Assembly: GCF_964204645.1 (NCBI RefSeq)
Contig: NC_134027.1
Location: 24,576,560-24,640,559, forward strand
Length of the DNA stretch: 64,000 bases
Direction of reading: 5' to 3'
Origin: Tubulanus polymorphus
Taxonomy: Eukaryota; Animalia; Nemertea
Below the pieces are notes generated by a model. It searched no databases. It worked only from the letters and a program-made list of their open reading frames with translations, and had not been told where the DNA came from. The position numbers and the translations under genes are program-made. Positions 1-13,667 of this stretch are shown here, piece by piece; positions within the stretch are counted from its first letter, which is position 1, and each line of letters begins with the position of its first letter.

Positions 1-32
1 GGACAGGATAATCTTCTGACAGGATAATCTTC

Positions 33-149
33 AGGGGTCAAAAAGTGGTCTTAAATCTTAAGACCAGTCTTAAGTTGTTAGATTGGCTATAGAACTAAGT
101 TGGTCTTAGACTGGTCTTAAGTCTAAGCCATGACTACGCAACCGGCCCC
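33..149. mobile_element. Partial MITE (family A; terminal GGGGCCGGTTGCGTAGTCATG, internal TAAGACCAGTCTTA repeats)
   Basis: Ends in catgactacgcaaccggcccc. Related copies at ~5243-5408, ~9683-9808 and ~33450-33610 share the taagaccagtcttaag / gccaatctaa core. Confidence 0.65.
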
Positions 150-3100
150 AGAACCGCAGCGTTCATAATAGTATATAAAGAAATAATCAGTATTGTATAG
201 GCGACAGTATCAAACACTGTCTCTCGATTAACCAGGTGAAATGAGATTGCGCTCGCGTGTGCTGGATCACGGAATCAGTCACATGTAACTCACTGATTCT
301 ATTAGCAATAGCAGTAATGAACAATCGTGTGTATATGTTGCATCTTCTTCAAATTATGCGAATAGACCTCCATGTACGTCGCAGTCACATCGGTCGTCGT
401 AGTTGAAATTCTTTGTCGCTCGCCGATAATGAATTTAGCATCCGGCAGCTCGCTCGCCGATCGCGCAGAAACACACCCGGATTGCTGATAAATGAAATCT
501 AGCAATAATTGAGTATTCAATCTAAAAAGAATTATCGGGGCGGCCATTTGAAATTATCACCGCCATTCTTAGCCGACGATCGAACTCCTCGTACTCGAAA
601 CTCATTAGTTGCGTTCGACTACTAGGGCTTATTTATAATTGAAGAAGCTTAATTTTCCTATTCACGAAACGGAAAACCGAACCTCGGTTGAGGTCGCAAA
701 TAGGTATCGAATAGTTGATTAGAATTGTGGCGATTCATATACTCCTAATCATCCCGCATAATACTTAGCTCGAGGATATCAAATTATTTCATCACTGATT
801 TTGCAAGATACCAACTCCACGAGCCAAAATTAATCGTGGCCTTTTAAGTCACAACTTACCATAAGGTAAAGTAGTCATTACTTTAACTAGCCCCAATTTC
901 AGACGTTCTTAACCAAGAGTTCTAATTTTGTTTAATACGCAGTTGTTCTATTGTGAATGAATGTAATTGGCTCATAATGAAAGAGCTTTGGCATCTCTTC
1001 AGGTAAAAGTCTTTACGACTGAATCATTGTTGTAAGATGATAGGAAAATCCTTATTTTACGCGTAGCTAAAACCCAATACTTTCTCTATTTATATATATA
1101 TACGTGAGCGAAAGTGTACGATTAAGTAGATATAAGAAGTTTATTTAATTAGCGAACATCTGTAGAATGATGAGTCCATCGGGAATGATGTTCGCCTGGG
1201 GGCGAGTGAGATCCGGATTCAGAAATATACCATTCCGCACGTGCTGATTCAACTGAGAAAAGATAAAATACCTACGTTAGAGGCCTACGTTATGTACGTT
1301 ACAACCCCCTCTGCGTATCGGCATACGCAAGCGTAGGACGAGTTCGAAACATTATATCTTCTCCGTAATAAATGTCCATTATACCACCATCAGAATGATC
1401 AATTTCTAATGTGACTCTTAACAAACTGTAAACAAGTACACGACCTTGAATAAACGACTGGGGGCTTTTAAACACATTTGAATGGCCCAAAGTAATGGCT
1501 CAGCATGTCAGGTGTACCGGTATATGTATTTTCAAAACTGTTACGCCACTGATTTAATGTACGGTTGGCAATTGGTGTCTGAATAGATATTTCAGCGAAA
1601 ATTGAATGAAAAAAATAGATATCTTTTAGAAAATCCTCTGTGCTGGGCCTATTTTCGACAGGAAGTAAGGACAGAGGGCTACTCTAAATGTAACGGAACC
1701 TCTGATTGGTCCGTGTACGAGCTATTCAACGAAGCTAGCCAATAAGATTTGCCGACTCGTAAATCGATTGAACAATATCGAACTTCCTGTTCGAAATTAA
1801 ATGCTTTAACGATTTTGCAGTTGCTAGCCACCATTCTCAACTTCTATCCTGCATCGTTGGGTCATTTTTTTTCTCTTGTCTTAAAACTATTTGTGATGCG
1901 TGTTTAATTCTGTCCTTTGATGGATTGAAGACTTTGGCATCGTCCTAACTTTGTCAGTCCCTATCGTTTCGAGCGGTGTGAAAATTCATAGTCACAAATT
2001 CTCAACAACGCGACATTCGAGAGCGATATAAAAACATGCAGCTTTCGCTACAAATGTTACTTCAACATCGGGAGATCTGAAACCTTTGATATTGATATCA
2101 TAATCCACAGAGAGCGCGTCAGCAGACTGCTTGGGCTAAAAATTCAACACCGCTTGAAAATGTAGCCGACAATATGGCTCAGCGCGACAGGCGGTGACTG
2201 TATAGTAACTTCGATATTGGATCAGGTTCTTTTTGTTTCGTCCACAGCAGGCGACAATACAGCAAGAGATAATCAATACGCACCACGACTAATAATAATC
2301 TTACGAGTAACTGGTGATCAACCATGTCTGTTTGATATGAAATTGATTTTCTCAGCACAAATTTGTCGCGTTCCTCGCTGTGTGTTATCTTTTTATAGTT
2401 GTCCCAGCTGTCGACGGGCGAAGCGAGCGTTCCAAGCCACAACAAAACCTCGTACAGTTTTCTGTGCGCTGCGTATATACGTGTTCAATGTAGAAATTTA
2501 GGTATACTCATTGAATGCACTGAAATACCTTCAATGCGGATGCATGGCTTGAACAGCTTTAGAGAAGCGATGGTAAATCTGGTGGATCTAGGGATGGCTT
2601 CGGGGGGCAGGACCCCCTATACCTTCCTACTCACGTCACAATTTTTCGAGACTAAGATCTTCAAAAGACACTTAGGCCTATCCACTCGGGAATTAGATTT
2701 TTTGGATGCCTCTCTTTAAGATTCCTAACCTCGCCTCGCTTGCAGCATTCTGCGTGGCTGCTTTATCCGACAAATGTATTTTTTCGTTCGGACTCCACCT
2801 TTTTCCTAAAGTCCCATTTGGGAAGTCGAGAAATAAGTTCGTAGGAGGGAAGGAGTGGGTGCGAGATTTGTGGCTTGAGAAAACGTACGATGACTGGACG
2901 ACCCTGAAGTAGAAGTGCCCCCAAAACTGTACGACCACCGAAGTCCGTAAACCGATAGTTTCTTAATTAGATAGTTTCTTTGATTTTATATACCAACAAC
3001 TCCTCAGAATCTTCGTGATTTGGATAAAAGTTTACAGTATAGTCTTTTAATTTGTTTACCACTGGCAAAGACACCTGATTGTGTCGATTTATGTATCCAA

Positions 3101-5242
3101 TTATCATTGGTCAGTCATCTGAAATACCACATATACCACATGTATATTATTGGCCAATCAGAGTATAGCCTTTACAGTTAAAACACTAACCGATTACCAC
3201 TTCCGGTACAAAATAGTTCAATTCAAAGATGATCGAACCACGTTGTAGAACCGGATCTAAGAAATAAGAATTTTTACCAGAATTTCTGGGCCTCAACACG
3301 GGAAATGTACTGTTGAATACTTATTCAGCGATTACGACAGATCTCATTTCTGGCCAAGGTAACTCAACTAGATACGAGGCATTTTGATTGCATCTTAGCT
3401 CTTCACTTTCTGACCAAGTGTTCCTACGTTGACAACCGGCATCGCGAATGTCATAAATGTAACTAGCTCGTAGCTCGAGTAGGAGATTATTGCTGCAGGA
3501 ATTTTTTCTATATCCAACATCATCGGTAATGATTCGGAGATGTATCGACCTTTCAGATGGCGGGCTCATACTGATAAAGGTGCCTTTTCAAATGATTGTA
3601 GGTATTTATCGCCCCCTCGCAAAAAATCCCACTGGGTAAAAATGTCCCAGCAATTGTAACCCCCTAGGTAAAAAATCCCTCCAGGTAAAAATCCCCCCAA
3701 ATTCAGTTTCCATCAAACTAGAGTATAAAACTTAGATTTAAGTTAGATAAAACTTTTTTCAACAATATTTGGGTTTACTTTATTTACACAAATATATTTC
3801 TTCGTGGAAACTTTCAAAACTACGATAATGTATGTAGCTTGCTAATGCTGTTATTCAAGGTAAATATTGTCGAGAATTTGACAACACCAGGAAACTTTTG
3901 AAATACCTAAGAATATTGAAATATTTTGTGACCACGAGATTTTTGCCAGTCGAATAGATTAAAATGCAGAGTTGTTAAGAGTTCAGTGAACGGAAAATAC
4001 GTTTGGAGGTGAAAGAATGATTTTCGTTTTTTGTCCGAGATTGGTCAAAAGTCGGAGTTGGCCAGGTCCGAGTAATTCGAGGTTTACAGTTAACGTAAAT
4101 AACGTATGAACGTATATGTTTCGTTGAAGGAATGGAGGATATCTGATTTTTTTTTCTTTGCTGGAAAAGTGTTCTTTGTAGTTACGTCGAGATATCATCG
4201 GGCGCGTTTTTGAAATTGATCATGGCGCCATTCGTCGGAATAGATCGCAATATAACAGCAGCTCGCAGAAATTGGTGTTGAAGAAGTGCCCTTTTTCTGT
4301 TCGCGCTGTCGGATGTCACCCCTGTGTCCAGCCCTGATCAGGTTGCGTAATGAGCGGAGATAAAATGAAATAGCAAAGTTTCCAAACAACCTCGAGCGCA
4401 CGATCATTCTTCTGAGAGATCTCGGAATGGTGTTTATGGTCACACGAAGAAAAGGTGTAGACATAAGTGTAGAGAACTGTACAATCTACAGCCGAACGAA
4501 CGGTCGGTCGAGAGGTTAACGGCAGGAAGTTATTAAAGAACCTGTCACTTCACTATACCGACGCGAATCGTCGTGGTAAATCTCGTTACGCGTCGAATAG
4601 TATTTTTATCCGGATTTTCCACAGCTATCGGTGCCGCCTTTTTTTTCTCTCCATTTCGACGACGAACGCGATTTGAATAATGCATAGGAATTCGTGTATA
4701 GCCAACAGCGATGAGAAGTATCTATCGTCGGAACAAAGAAAATCCACTTTTTCATTACTTTGATTTATTTTCATTTATTATGCAAATTTCGGTTTCAGCA
4801 CTATCTGCGCATAGCAAATTCTCGAATTATTAAGTAATGAAAGCCGGTGTCCGATTTCGTCGAATCCTAAACCCTGAGATGTATTAGTTATCCAAATGAA
4901 ACAAGGAATGAAATCCCTTTTGGCTTCCATTAACCACTCGTTTTAATGGCCTATGACATGCACAGCACGGCGGTTGAACGTACAGAAACATGATTATGCA
5001 TGGCCGGTTTTGTTATACCTTCGGGAACTAAAAGCTTACTGGAAAGGGAAAAGATGCCATTTCGAATAATAAATCGTAACTCCTTAATTCATTGCTTTGC
5101 GAAAATTCAACTGCATCAACAATGGTATTGAGTAGACATCCTCTTGCGCAGAACCGTGCATATTCGTCCAGGAAAATCTTAAGTATATTCAAGTAACGTT
5201 CCGTAATTTGTAGGTATGAACAGGGCGTGAATGCGAGGCTTC

Positions 5243-5408
5243 TGGGGTCGGTTTCATAGTCATGACTTAAGACCAGTCTTATCTTAGTTACGTTATGCCA
5301 ATCTAAAAGCTTAAGACCGGCGGCCTAAGCTCAGTTTTGTTCTATGGTCAATCCAACAACTTAAGATTTTAGACCCTATTGGACTTAAGTCTCTACTTTA
5401 CGGAACCG
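5243..5408. mobile_element. MITE family A copy
   Basis: Starts ctggggtcggtttcatagtcatgacttaagaccagtctta, approximately the reverse complement of the end of the 33-149 copy, and ends with a degenerate tacggaaccg. Confidence 0.6.
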
Positions 5409-7787
5409 TATCTTCTAACTTCATTTAACAATTTCTGAGATTTTGGAGTACAGTTCAGAGCGAAGAAAAGTCTAAACGGTAGATCGAAATATGAATATCG
5501 CTCTTGCACGCGACATTCGTTCGGATATTTCGTTAGATCGATTCACCTGAATAATTACGCGCACGCAATATCCTCACTGCGCGATCAAGTGCCCAGATGT
5601 TGACCGAATAAATTAATTTTATTTTTTCTCCATTCTCTTCTGAATGTTGTTCTAACACAATTAACGAAAGGATTACGCAGTGCTCGAGTGTCCCAGAGGA
5701 GTGCACCACCAAGAGTGAGGGTTAAGGCAGGTCGCGGCGACGTTAGGGAGTTTTATACGCGCCCCCGGAATAATTCTTCCAAGACTCATTAGAAATCTTG
5801 ACACTACAACACGAACTGGCTTTGAACTGTTTGATTAAAATTGGATATTTCTCTAGGGAATTAATTATACTCAACATCTATTTGAGGAAATAGGGTTTGG
5901 CACAATATGGAATATGACTTATACCTAATTTAGATAATACTGCGTTACCATCTTGGCCCTCTAATTTACTTGTAACCTTAGATATTTCATAAAAGTAATC
6001 GGCTAGGGTGCAGGCCTAACCATGGACTCCGCCCGTGTTGTAAAGACGATATAGAATCCCACTAAAAACAAAAACAAAATATTTCCTTGAGCGGATATTT
6101 ACGTAGTCGATGTTTCGTCTATATATCCTAGAAGTCATCTTCATTGATATTTCGTCGAATAGATATTACATATTAAAGAAACATTTCGAACTCTTTTTTG
6201 TTATTAGTGTGGGATTTTATATCTGATGCAGGCCTCTCGTCAATATTTCGCAGCCTCAAACTGTCAAATTCTAATTACAGTCAATGTCCGAGATTACGCA
6301 ATCCTTTTTGGAGCCACTTCTCACTTAAACAAAGACATTTTGCAAAGAACAATTTTTACCAATCTTATACTCGAATTCTTTGGGACTACAATTCTTTATA
6401 ACGCCAAATTCGTTATATCGCCACGTTTTTCACTAGTCATAAACGACTTTTACTGTATTCAAAATATTAAAGAATGTGAAATTGCCAGTATGAGTAATTG
6501 TTAGTAAGAACTTGGCTTTTTGTTGGATAGCATGCGCTACCACTACAGCGTCGAGAATACAAAAGCATTTAGCCTAGGCTGAATAATTGATGATAGGTAA
6601 TTAGTAAGCAATGGACCTTTAAGATTATCGATTATTTTCTAACAATCTTTACCAGTTGTACCACATTAAATGTGGTACATCATCAAATGTGTATCATTAA
6701 ATTTTAATGATATACATTAAGTAAAAATATCCGCACGCAAAGCGTCGAGGGTAGAGCGTATGATAAAAACCCACAATTTGAATGTACAAATTCAAAACAA
6801 AATTATCATTTAAAGATTTTTACAAATAAATTTGAGGACACGAACCCTCACTGCAGATCATCGCCAGACGTGAAACACGGGGCTCCTAAAAAAATATATA
6901 GAATCATAACAACTGGAACAGTTTCCTACGAAACGATAGGTTGTCCGGTTGCAATATTTTCTAATCTCTTTTGAGGCGTCATCCTTGATCCCGAACCCGC
7001 CGAGCCCGTCTTACGCTCGCTCTGACCTTGACCTGAAGTCCCTGCGGTGCCGACCATACCAGGCGAATTTCTTTTCGCAGAAGATGTTTATATGATAATA
7101 TGTACGCATAAATCGAAGGCTAAATATTACCAACAATTGTCGATAATTGGTCTCTGAAAGGAATGAATTATACAATAGTCGAATGAATAAATGCCCAAAG
7201 CATCTCCGTCGCTACTCCGCGCGTGATGTGAAGTCGAGCCTGAGAAGGAGAGGGGAGGGGAGAAGAGAGAGGGGAGAGGAGGGAGAGGCCTAATGAAAAG
7301 ACATCTATTTCCACCGCAGTCCGATCGATACGCATTTCTACATCATAATCTATATAATAGTAATTGATATTTGCGGCAAATTGGACGCATCATATAGAAA
7401 ACTACGTCGTCGCGGGTTTCTATAGAGAACGCGGAAATCATCGGACCGGCGCTCTCGCAAACACACACTAGACCGCGCAGTAAATAGCCGTGTTGACGTA
7501 GTCAGTGCGACATCTCGAGACGAGCCACTTAGCAAAATGGAAAAATTACGAAGCGCTCGCACGTCGCAGAACGCTGTAGCGTGTGTCCGTTCGTATTGGA
7601 TAGATCTGTAAAGGATTATTTCGTACGCCGCGCGTATTAATACCCGCGGTATATTGGCACGATGTTTTTTTTTCCGTATCATCCGTCGTCTTACGTCTCG
7701 TCGATTCTTGATTCAATGAAGAATCCGTCTGACGACTAATCCTTCGATCGCGTCGCCGGGTTTCGTCGTTCGTTGTGTACACACCCG

Positions 7788-7824
7788 ATGTTTTGTATTT
7801 TTCGACGTATGGAAATTCTAACGG
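7788..7824 (+). CDS. Candidate first coding exon of the NETO-like gene (MFCIFRRMEILT/V)
   Basis: Two in-frame ATGs (7788, 7809) at the end of a CpG-rich stretch (~7200-7800) that includes a GA tract. The phase-1 donor G|gtattt is weak but joins exon 17926 to give a plausible signal peptide. Inference only. Confidence 0.3.
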
Positions 7825-10050
7825 GTATTTGGGATATCCATTTGTGAACCTCTCAATAAAAATGCCTAATTCTCAAGTCACGTGTATACTATAGTAACGG
7901 GGTGGTTCAAGGGGTAGTCTCTAGTTGCCAGTGGACCCCGCCCCCTCCCCTACCATAAAAAATAAGAAATAAATAATCCTCCAATCCCCCAAAAGTTCTA
8001 TACCTTAACAGAACTAGATGGTGAAAAATGAGAATTATTATAGATAGCCCAGAGAGCTAATGTCTATTGGATTTTTGCTAAGTGTCAACCGCCCCTGGTA
8101 GAAATAAGAAATTTAAGAGTTAAGTTCATGCGTTCTTCCTGTGCAGGGATTATCGTGATTGAGGTTGTTAGGCCAGCATTAGCTTAACTTTGAAGTCGTT
8201 TTTGCTCCACATGTCCAACTAAACCTTTGTTTTGAAAAGCCAATATCAATATCAATATTAACAAAAACCAATGAGAAAAGAGGGGTATCCCAGTATATCA
8301 GTGGCGAATATCTTAATGAATTGCCCCTATTTGGGACTCCAGGCACAATAGACCAAAGGAATCCTCTTTTCATTATCAGGTCAAAATTCTCTCTCAGGCT
8401 CCACGGATTTCATACAAATATATAACCGTTTGTCTTCGCCAACTTTCCTATTTGTAGAACTATATGCAACCGTAATTATTGCAACCCCCTCGTTCATGCG
8501 AGATACTTTTTTGTGTTCTGCCCTTTACGCATCTTAGTGCCCACCTATTACAATTGTCTTAAAAATCCCATTACGACAACACCGTATTGTCAACATGTCG
8601 TAATAGTTCTCTTGGAGAATCCATACAATCATCAGCTGGCAATTTTATGATGTTACCGCGAGACAGCTAGGAGACAGCCGTGTTTTACGGGAGGATCTTG
8701 GAGATCTTTCAAGCCATTCGAAGCCGCAATAGCACATCTAATACGGATTTTTTCGCGAGGGTTTATTTCGATGTTCAAGGTAGTTTTCCGTTTCAAAACT
8801 GATTTAATGATTTAAAGCACGTACAAAGATATTTTGTAGCATCTTACAACAACAACGAGCAGTAAACCTTTATCCCATAGACGAGCCACCTCCGATAGAA
8901 AAACACTTTTCAAATAAAGAACTCGGTTTCTTATTCACCTTGACAAGCGAACCTGCGGATAATCTTAAGACGTTTTATTTTAGCGCTGTTTCGTCGGCCG
9001 CCGCCGCAGACGCTATCATCATCCATCGTCTTATGTTTCGACCTTTAAATCCGGTATTTTTAGTCGGCGAGAGATCTAGATTTAGAACACTTGTACGAGT
9101 GTTGCGAACGGCTGGATTCGCCGACAGCAGGAAGTAGAGAAATAACCTGTTAATAGACAATATTTGCTTCATGAGAATTGCAGCAGGTACATACACACAT
9201 GATATATATGCATTGAACGTATCCCCCGCGAGAGAGAGAGAGAGTAAGAGTACTTCTAGCCCCGCTGTACAAATAAAACAGTCGATTACTTAGTCGTGAA
9301 ATGTATCAAAATATCACCAAAAGCTGACCAAACTCACGCATTTAAGAGTGACTCGCCGCATGATACACTGGGGCCCTGGTTTATGGATATGTAGATTAGA
9401 TCAGCGTTGCAAAAGGACGGGTCTTAAATATCGCAGTTCATTAGGTACGGTAAAGACAGGTCACTTCAGTAAGTTCAGTAAGTTCTTGCCCGGACCTATC
9501 CGGCTCCATCATGATTCCATTTGATGTGCGTCGGCTTATTCTGGTTAAGCACGCACGCGTAAGTGTAAGTATTTCTGGGATTAAGACCTCGGGATCATTC
9601 GCCGAGAATGCAGGACTGGACCACCGGGTCATTCGGTGCCACGGTTGTTTCGAGTCATTAAAACAATCGAGGACTGTGGAACTGGGTCTGACAGGGTCCA
9701 GCTCTGCACAGTCTTGATACAAGTCAAAAAGTGGTTTTAAACCAGTCGTTAGATTGCCTACAGGACTAGCCGGTCTTAGATTTTAGTCTTGGCGGTGCAA
9801 CTGGCCCCATTTCATAAGTCCGAAATTCACGAGGAGTCAAATTCTTAATTTTCAATAATCGTGAACCCGCTGCACCGGATCCGTTGTACATTCAATCATG
9901 CGAATATTTGTAGGGATTTCGTTTGACTTGTGCATATTCAACGGATACTTTTTTCTGGGATCGTCTGGAAGAGACGCGGCTTCTATACGCGCGTGTCAAC
10001 AATGTCGCGTAACAATCCATCACCATTTTTTCTCGACAACAAACAACAAA

Positions 10051-10278
10051 ATGAATGATTCAAATATACTGCCACGAGACAGACGTTTAGCGCAGATACT
10101 GCGCGATATCGCGACCAGTTTACAAGCACTCGGGGATTATCATCATCTTCGTTATCTATTGCGTCTTGAATACCGCCGGCGGGTGGCAAAGGGTATACGG
10201 TTATATAGACGCTTCGAAATCGACTGGGAAAAGTTAGCACCAAATAACGATGTAAAAACGTTGATTTATAAGCGTTGA
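10051..10278 (+). CDS. 75-aa small ORF with BH3-like motif (IATSLQALGDYH); nested sORF or alternative first exon
   Basis: ATG in aaacaacaaaATG context within a CpG-rich patch; translation MNDSNILPRDRRLAQILRDIATSLQALGDYHHLRYLLRLEYRRRVAKG... Confidence 0.35.
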   Translation: MNDSNILPRDRRLAQILRDIATSLQALGDYHHLRYLLRLEYRRRVAKGIRLYRRFEIDWEKLAPNNDVKTLIYKR

Positions 10279-12367
10279 AATGAGACGATATTGTAATTTT
10301 ATTGAAATTGAGGAAAACCGCGATAATCGTGAAGTATATTCAATAACAGAGCGAACGCCAAAATTCGCTATTGTGTATGATTGTTATTTTGGAATGGCAA
10401 AATTGATGTCGTAGTGCACATCGACTCACACGGAACCCCTTCTATGAACCAGTTATCAATCCATAAAAGCATTAGTTGTTAGTCTTTAAGCAGGGTCAGA
10501 AAATACAATAAGCCGAAACGGAAAAAACTCGCCCGTTTCCTTAGATCAATATATATAGTTTTCTCAAATATTCGTGCGCTATGTATAAGTTACAGTAACG
10601 CGTGACAATAAGGTAAAAGAAGAAGTATATTTAGATACAAAATGAATTGCAATAAGGCGGAATGGAGTGTATCGAAATTCGCTCAATGATAGATTAAGCA
10701 AATTAACGCGTAGTTGATGATTTGGTTCGATGAAGTATACGATGTGATACCTTTTCGATGAATATCGCCAGATTGCGCAAGGTTTTACCTTTCGAACGGA
10801 AAAGATTTTGTAGACCATTAAAATCGGGATGTAGACCATTAAATCCAGTCTAGTAATAAATTTGCCTCTCATTTTTTTAAATCCAGTCTAGAAATAAATT
10901 TGCCTCTCAAGCTTTGAAAAAAGGACACACTAAAAGAAAATGAAATTCGTCTCCATATTACATTTCTGAGGGATTTTATAGTTTCGCTCAATCCGGCGAG
11001 AAATGACGGTAGAACTATGTGGATCCAGTTATTACCGGGGGTAATTCAGCGTTGTACGCCAGTGTTAGCTGTACGATGCTCGGTTATCGTGTCACTGGAA
11101 TGTTTGTTTCAGTCATCATAATTTACACGAAGATGTTTTACTATTTATCACGTTACCGGGTAATCAAACACCTGATGTCTCTTTCACTGTCGTGAGAGTG
11201 ACGTGTCTTGAGAGTTAACGTCACACAATCGCGGCGAAAGCTGGAAACGTCCGCTTCAGACGAAGGGATGAATGTGACCTTCATCTGAAAAGCCTACGTG
11301 ACTTAAACTCATAAGACGGCGTAATAAGATTGAAATCCACATCGAAATGATTTAAAAACGAGATTTATACATCGCCGTCTCGTACGTCTTGAAAATGATC
11401 TTTACAGAATTACAGTCCGAAATTCCGTGTTTTGATTTACAATTATTGAAAAACAGATTTCATCTTTTAAAGTTTAAATCATGTTACTTATTCCTCATTC
11501 ATTCCTGAGTGTCGCTACTCTATATACCATCAAACGATAATTTTTCATAATTTTGTGACTATGAGGTGTTAAGGTATCGGTGTGGCTATCGGTGTCTTTT
11601 TCATTCTCTTGTTCTCATGAAAAAATCAAACGAAATTTACCAACCAAATAAATGACAGGGACAATCCCTATTTTAAGATCAAAAACCGACTTTCTTTAAG
11701 TGGCGAAAGAGACGAAAACCAGCCGTATGGAAAACATCTGGTAAAACCTGAATCTGAATAAAAGAAGCCCAGGGACCAGTTCTATATAGACTAGCAGCAT
11801 AATTAAACTACATTTTTAATTCGTCAATTGAAATAACCCTTGTTTAAAACTGGTCTCTGAATGTAGCTATGGATTAAATGAAATTGAACACATCAATTGG
11901 GAAGATATATTTTACATGAAAAGTATCTGAAATCAGAGGAATATCTGAATGGAGATTTTCGCTATCATGCACATCGTTTTAGCCGTAGTTTCTATACTCT
12001 GTCCTCGAATACGTTTCAGCTAATATTCTTTTTTGCCGTTGCAGTCGAGCCCCGGTAAGCGAGGTTACGCGTTTTTTTTGTAAACTAGCTCGTTTTGTAA
12101 TTCACGAAACGTCGACGCGACGCATCTTAATTAACTGACTGATACCGATACACGCTAGATTCCTCTCTCGAAACACTAACGAGATACTCGTGCTGCACCC
12201 GATAAAAACTAAATCAAAGTCAGTCAATTCGATGCCGATTGAACGCAGCGAGTTCGACGTATTCACTTCACTAAAGCTTTTGACTCTGTTTGCTTTTGAA
12301 AGACAATTATTTGCCACCAGTGAAATATTTCGTTTCGTATATCATATTTTCAGTTTGCTCGAAGCTA

Positions 12368-13413
12368 CCCAGCTAACAAAAAACCGTTCAAAGAACGTTT
12401 TTTAAAAGTTTTTCACTAACGTTTTAACGTTAATGTTGAACGTTCGTGCAACGTTTGTAGGACGGTTTTTTGTAAATGTATTTTAATGTTCACAGAACGT
12501 TTTTGATAACGTTGACTGAACGTTACTTCACAAACCTCTCTGCAACCATTGAGCTTGATAAAAACGTTCCAATAACGTCTGTATGACGTTACATTATAAC
12601 CATGATGTTCTCTTTCATGAGCTAGAATAAATCTCTTTCAACTAACTAATATTTGAATTATTTTACCTAACTTTTATTTTGTAACTACGTATATATACAT
12701 GTATAATATCGAAATTATTCACTCGTAAGTTAGTTCTCCAGTGCACCAGTCGTCGTCGTTACAGCGTAGCTGGCAGCCTTTGTGATTCCTAAAATAAAAA
12801 GGAAATAATATAGAAACTTTTATTTTCATAGTTGTGTTAAGCCTTGAAGTTCATTTCATCCATACATACAGGGATTGTTATGCTTGTTATTGGAGAACAA
12901 CAGTTAGGTCATTTCATTGATATAAAACCCGACGAAAAGGTCTCTAACGTGGGTTTCTACATAAAAGATTGTTTCAAAAACATTCTATCGGTATTTTTCC
13001 ATATATTGAAAGTATCAAAATTTGTGGATTGAATAACGTACCTTAGTAAATAAACGATTTTTAAATCACTTAAACACGCCGCTTAAAGCTGATTGCTGAA
13101 CAATGGCGAACACTTCCTGTTTTGATATGTCACGAGATCCATCGGTTTCGAATCCCATATTTTTCTTTACTCCCGAAAGTTTGAATCTTGCTTTCCAATG
13201 GTATTAAAAACGTAGGAATCCACGTCGGGATTTGCTTAAAACGGGCTATATTGATGATATCTGACTAAACTAATAATTTGCTGCAGGCTCTTGAATGACA
13301 ACGTTTAGAAAACCTTCAGAAAACGTTATCGCCTGAATGTTACATTATAAACTATCACACAACTTTCACGAACGTTTCCGAATGTGTTGTATGAACGTTG
13401 TGTGCTAGCTGGG
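12368..13413. mobile_element. Non-autonomous DNA transposon, CCCAGC-ended (EnSpm/CMC-like), ~1.05 kb
   Basis: TIRs CCCAGCTAACA / TGCTAGCTGGG, TA on both flanks (2-bp TSD), dense subterminal AACGTT repeats at both ends. Confidence 0.8.
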
Positions 13414-13667
13414 TATGTCCGTTAAAGGGGTCTTACAACCATGTGGTTTTTCCACTTGAATATATACGCCATTTTGTTGGTCAAACGCGCCGAGCGTTTA
13501 GAATGACAGGCCGTCGAAATTTGTAAAAAATGATTATCTTATATCGTTTATGTATGATGGAAAGTCCAGCGCAAGACAAGGATGAAGCCATTCTTACCAG
13601 ATATTAAACTTATTTTTAATTTGAAGATTAAATGATCGCTCAATTGTTCAAATTGGAATGACACGAT

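Noticed and set aside
2640-2940. Minus-strand peptide GRPVIVRF resembling a LINE ORF1 motif
   Set aside because: Only a 7-residue resemblance with an early stop and no supporting context.
9457-9486. AGGTCA/AGTTCA direct repeats resembling a nuclear-receptor element upstream of the BH3-like ORF
   Set aside because: Explained equally well by a short local duplication (ttcagtaag x2); no independent support.
10809-10908. Short direct duplications (tgtagaccattaaa; taaatccagtctag..aaatttgcctctca)
   Set aside because: Ordinary local slippage duplications with no further structure.
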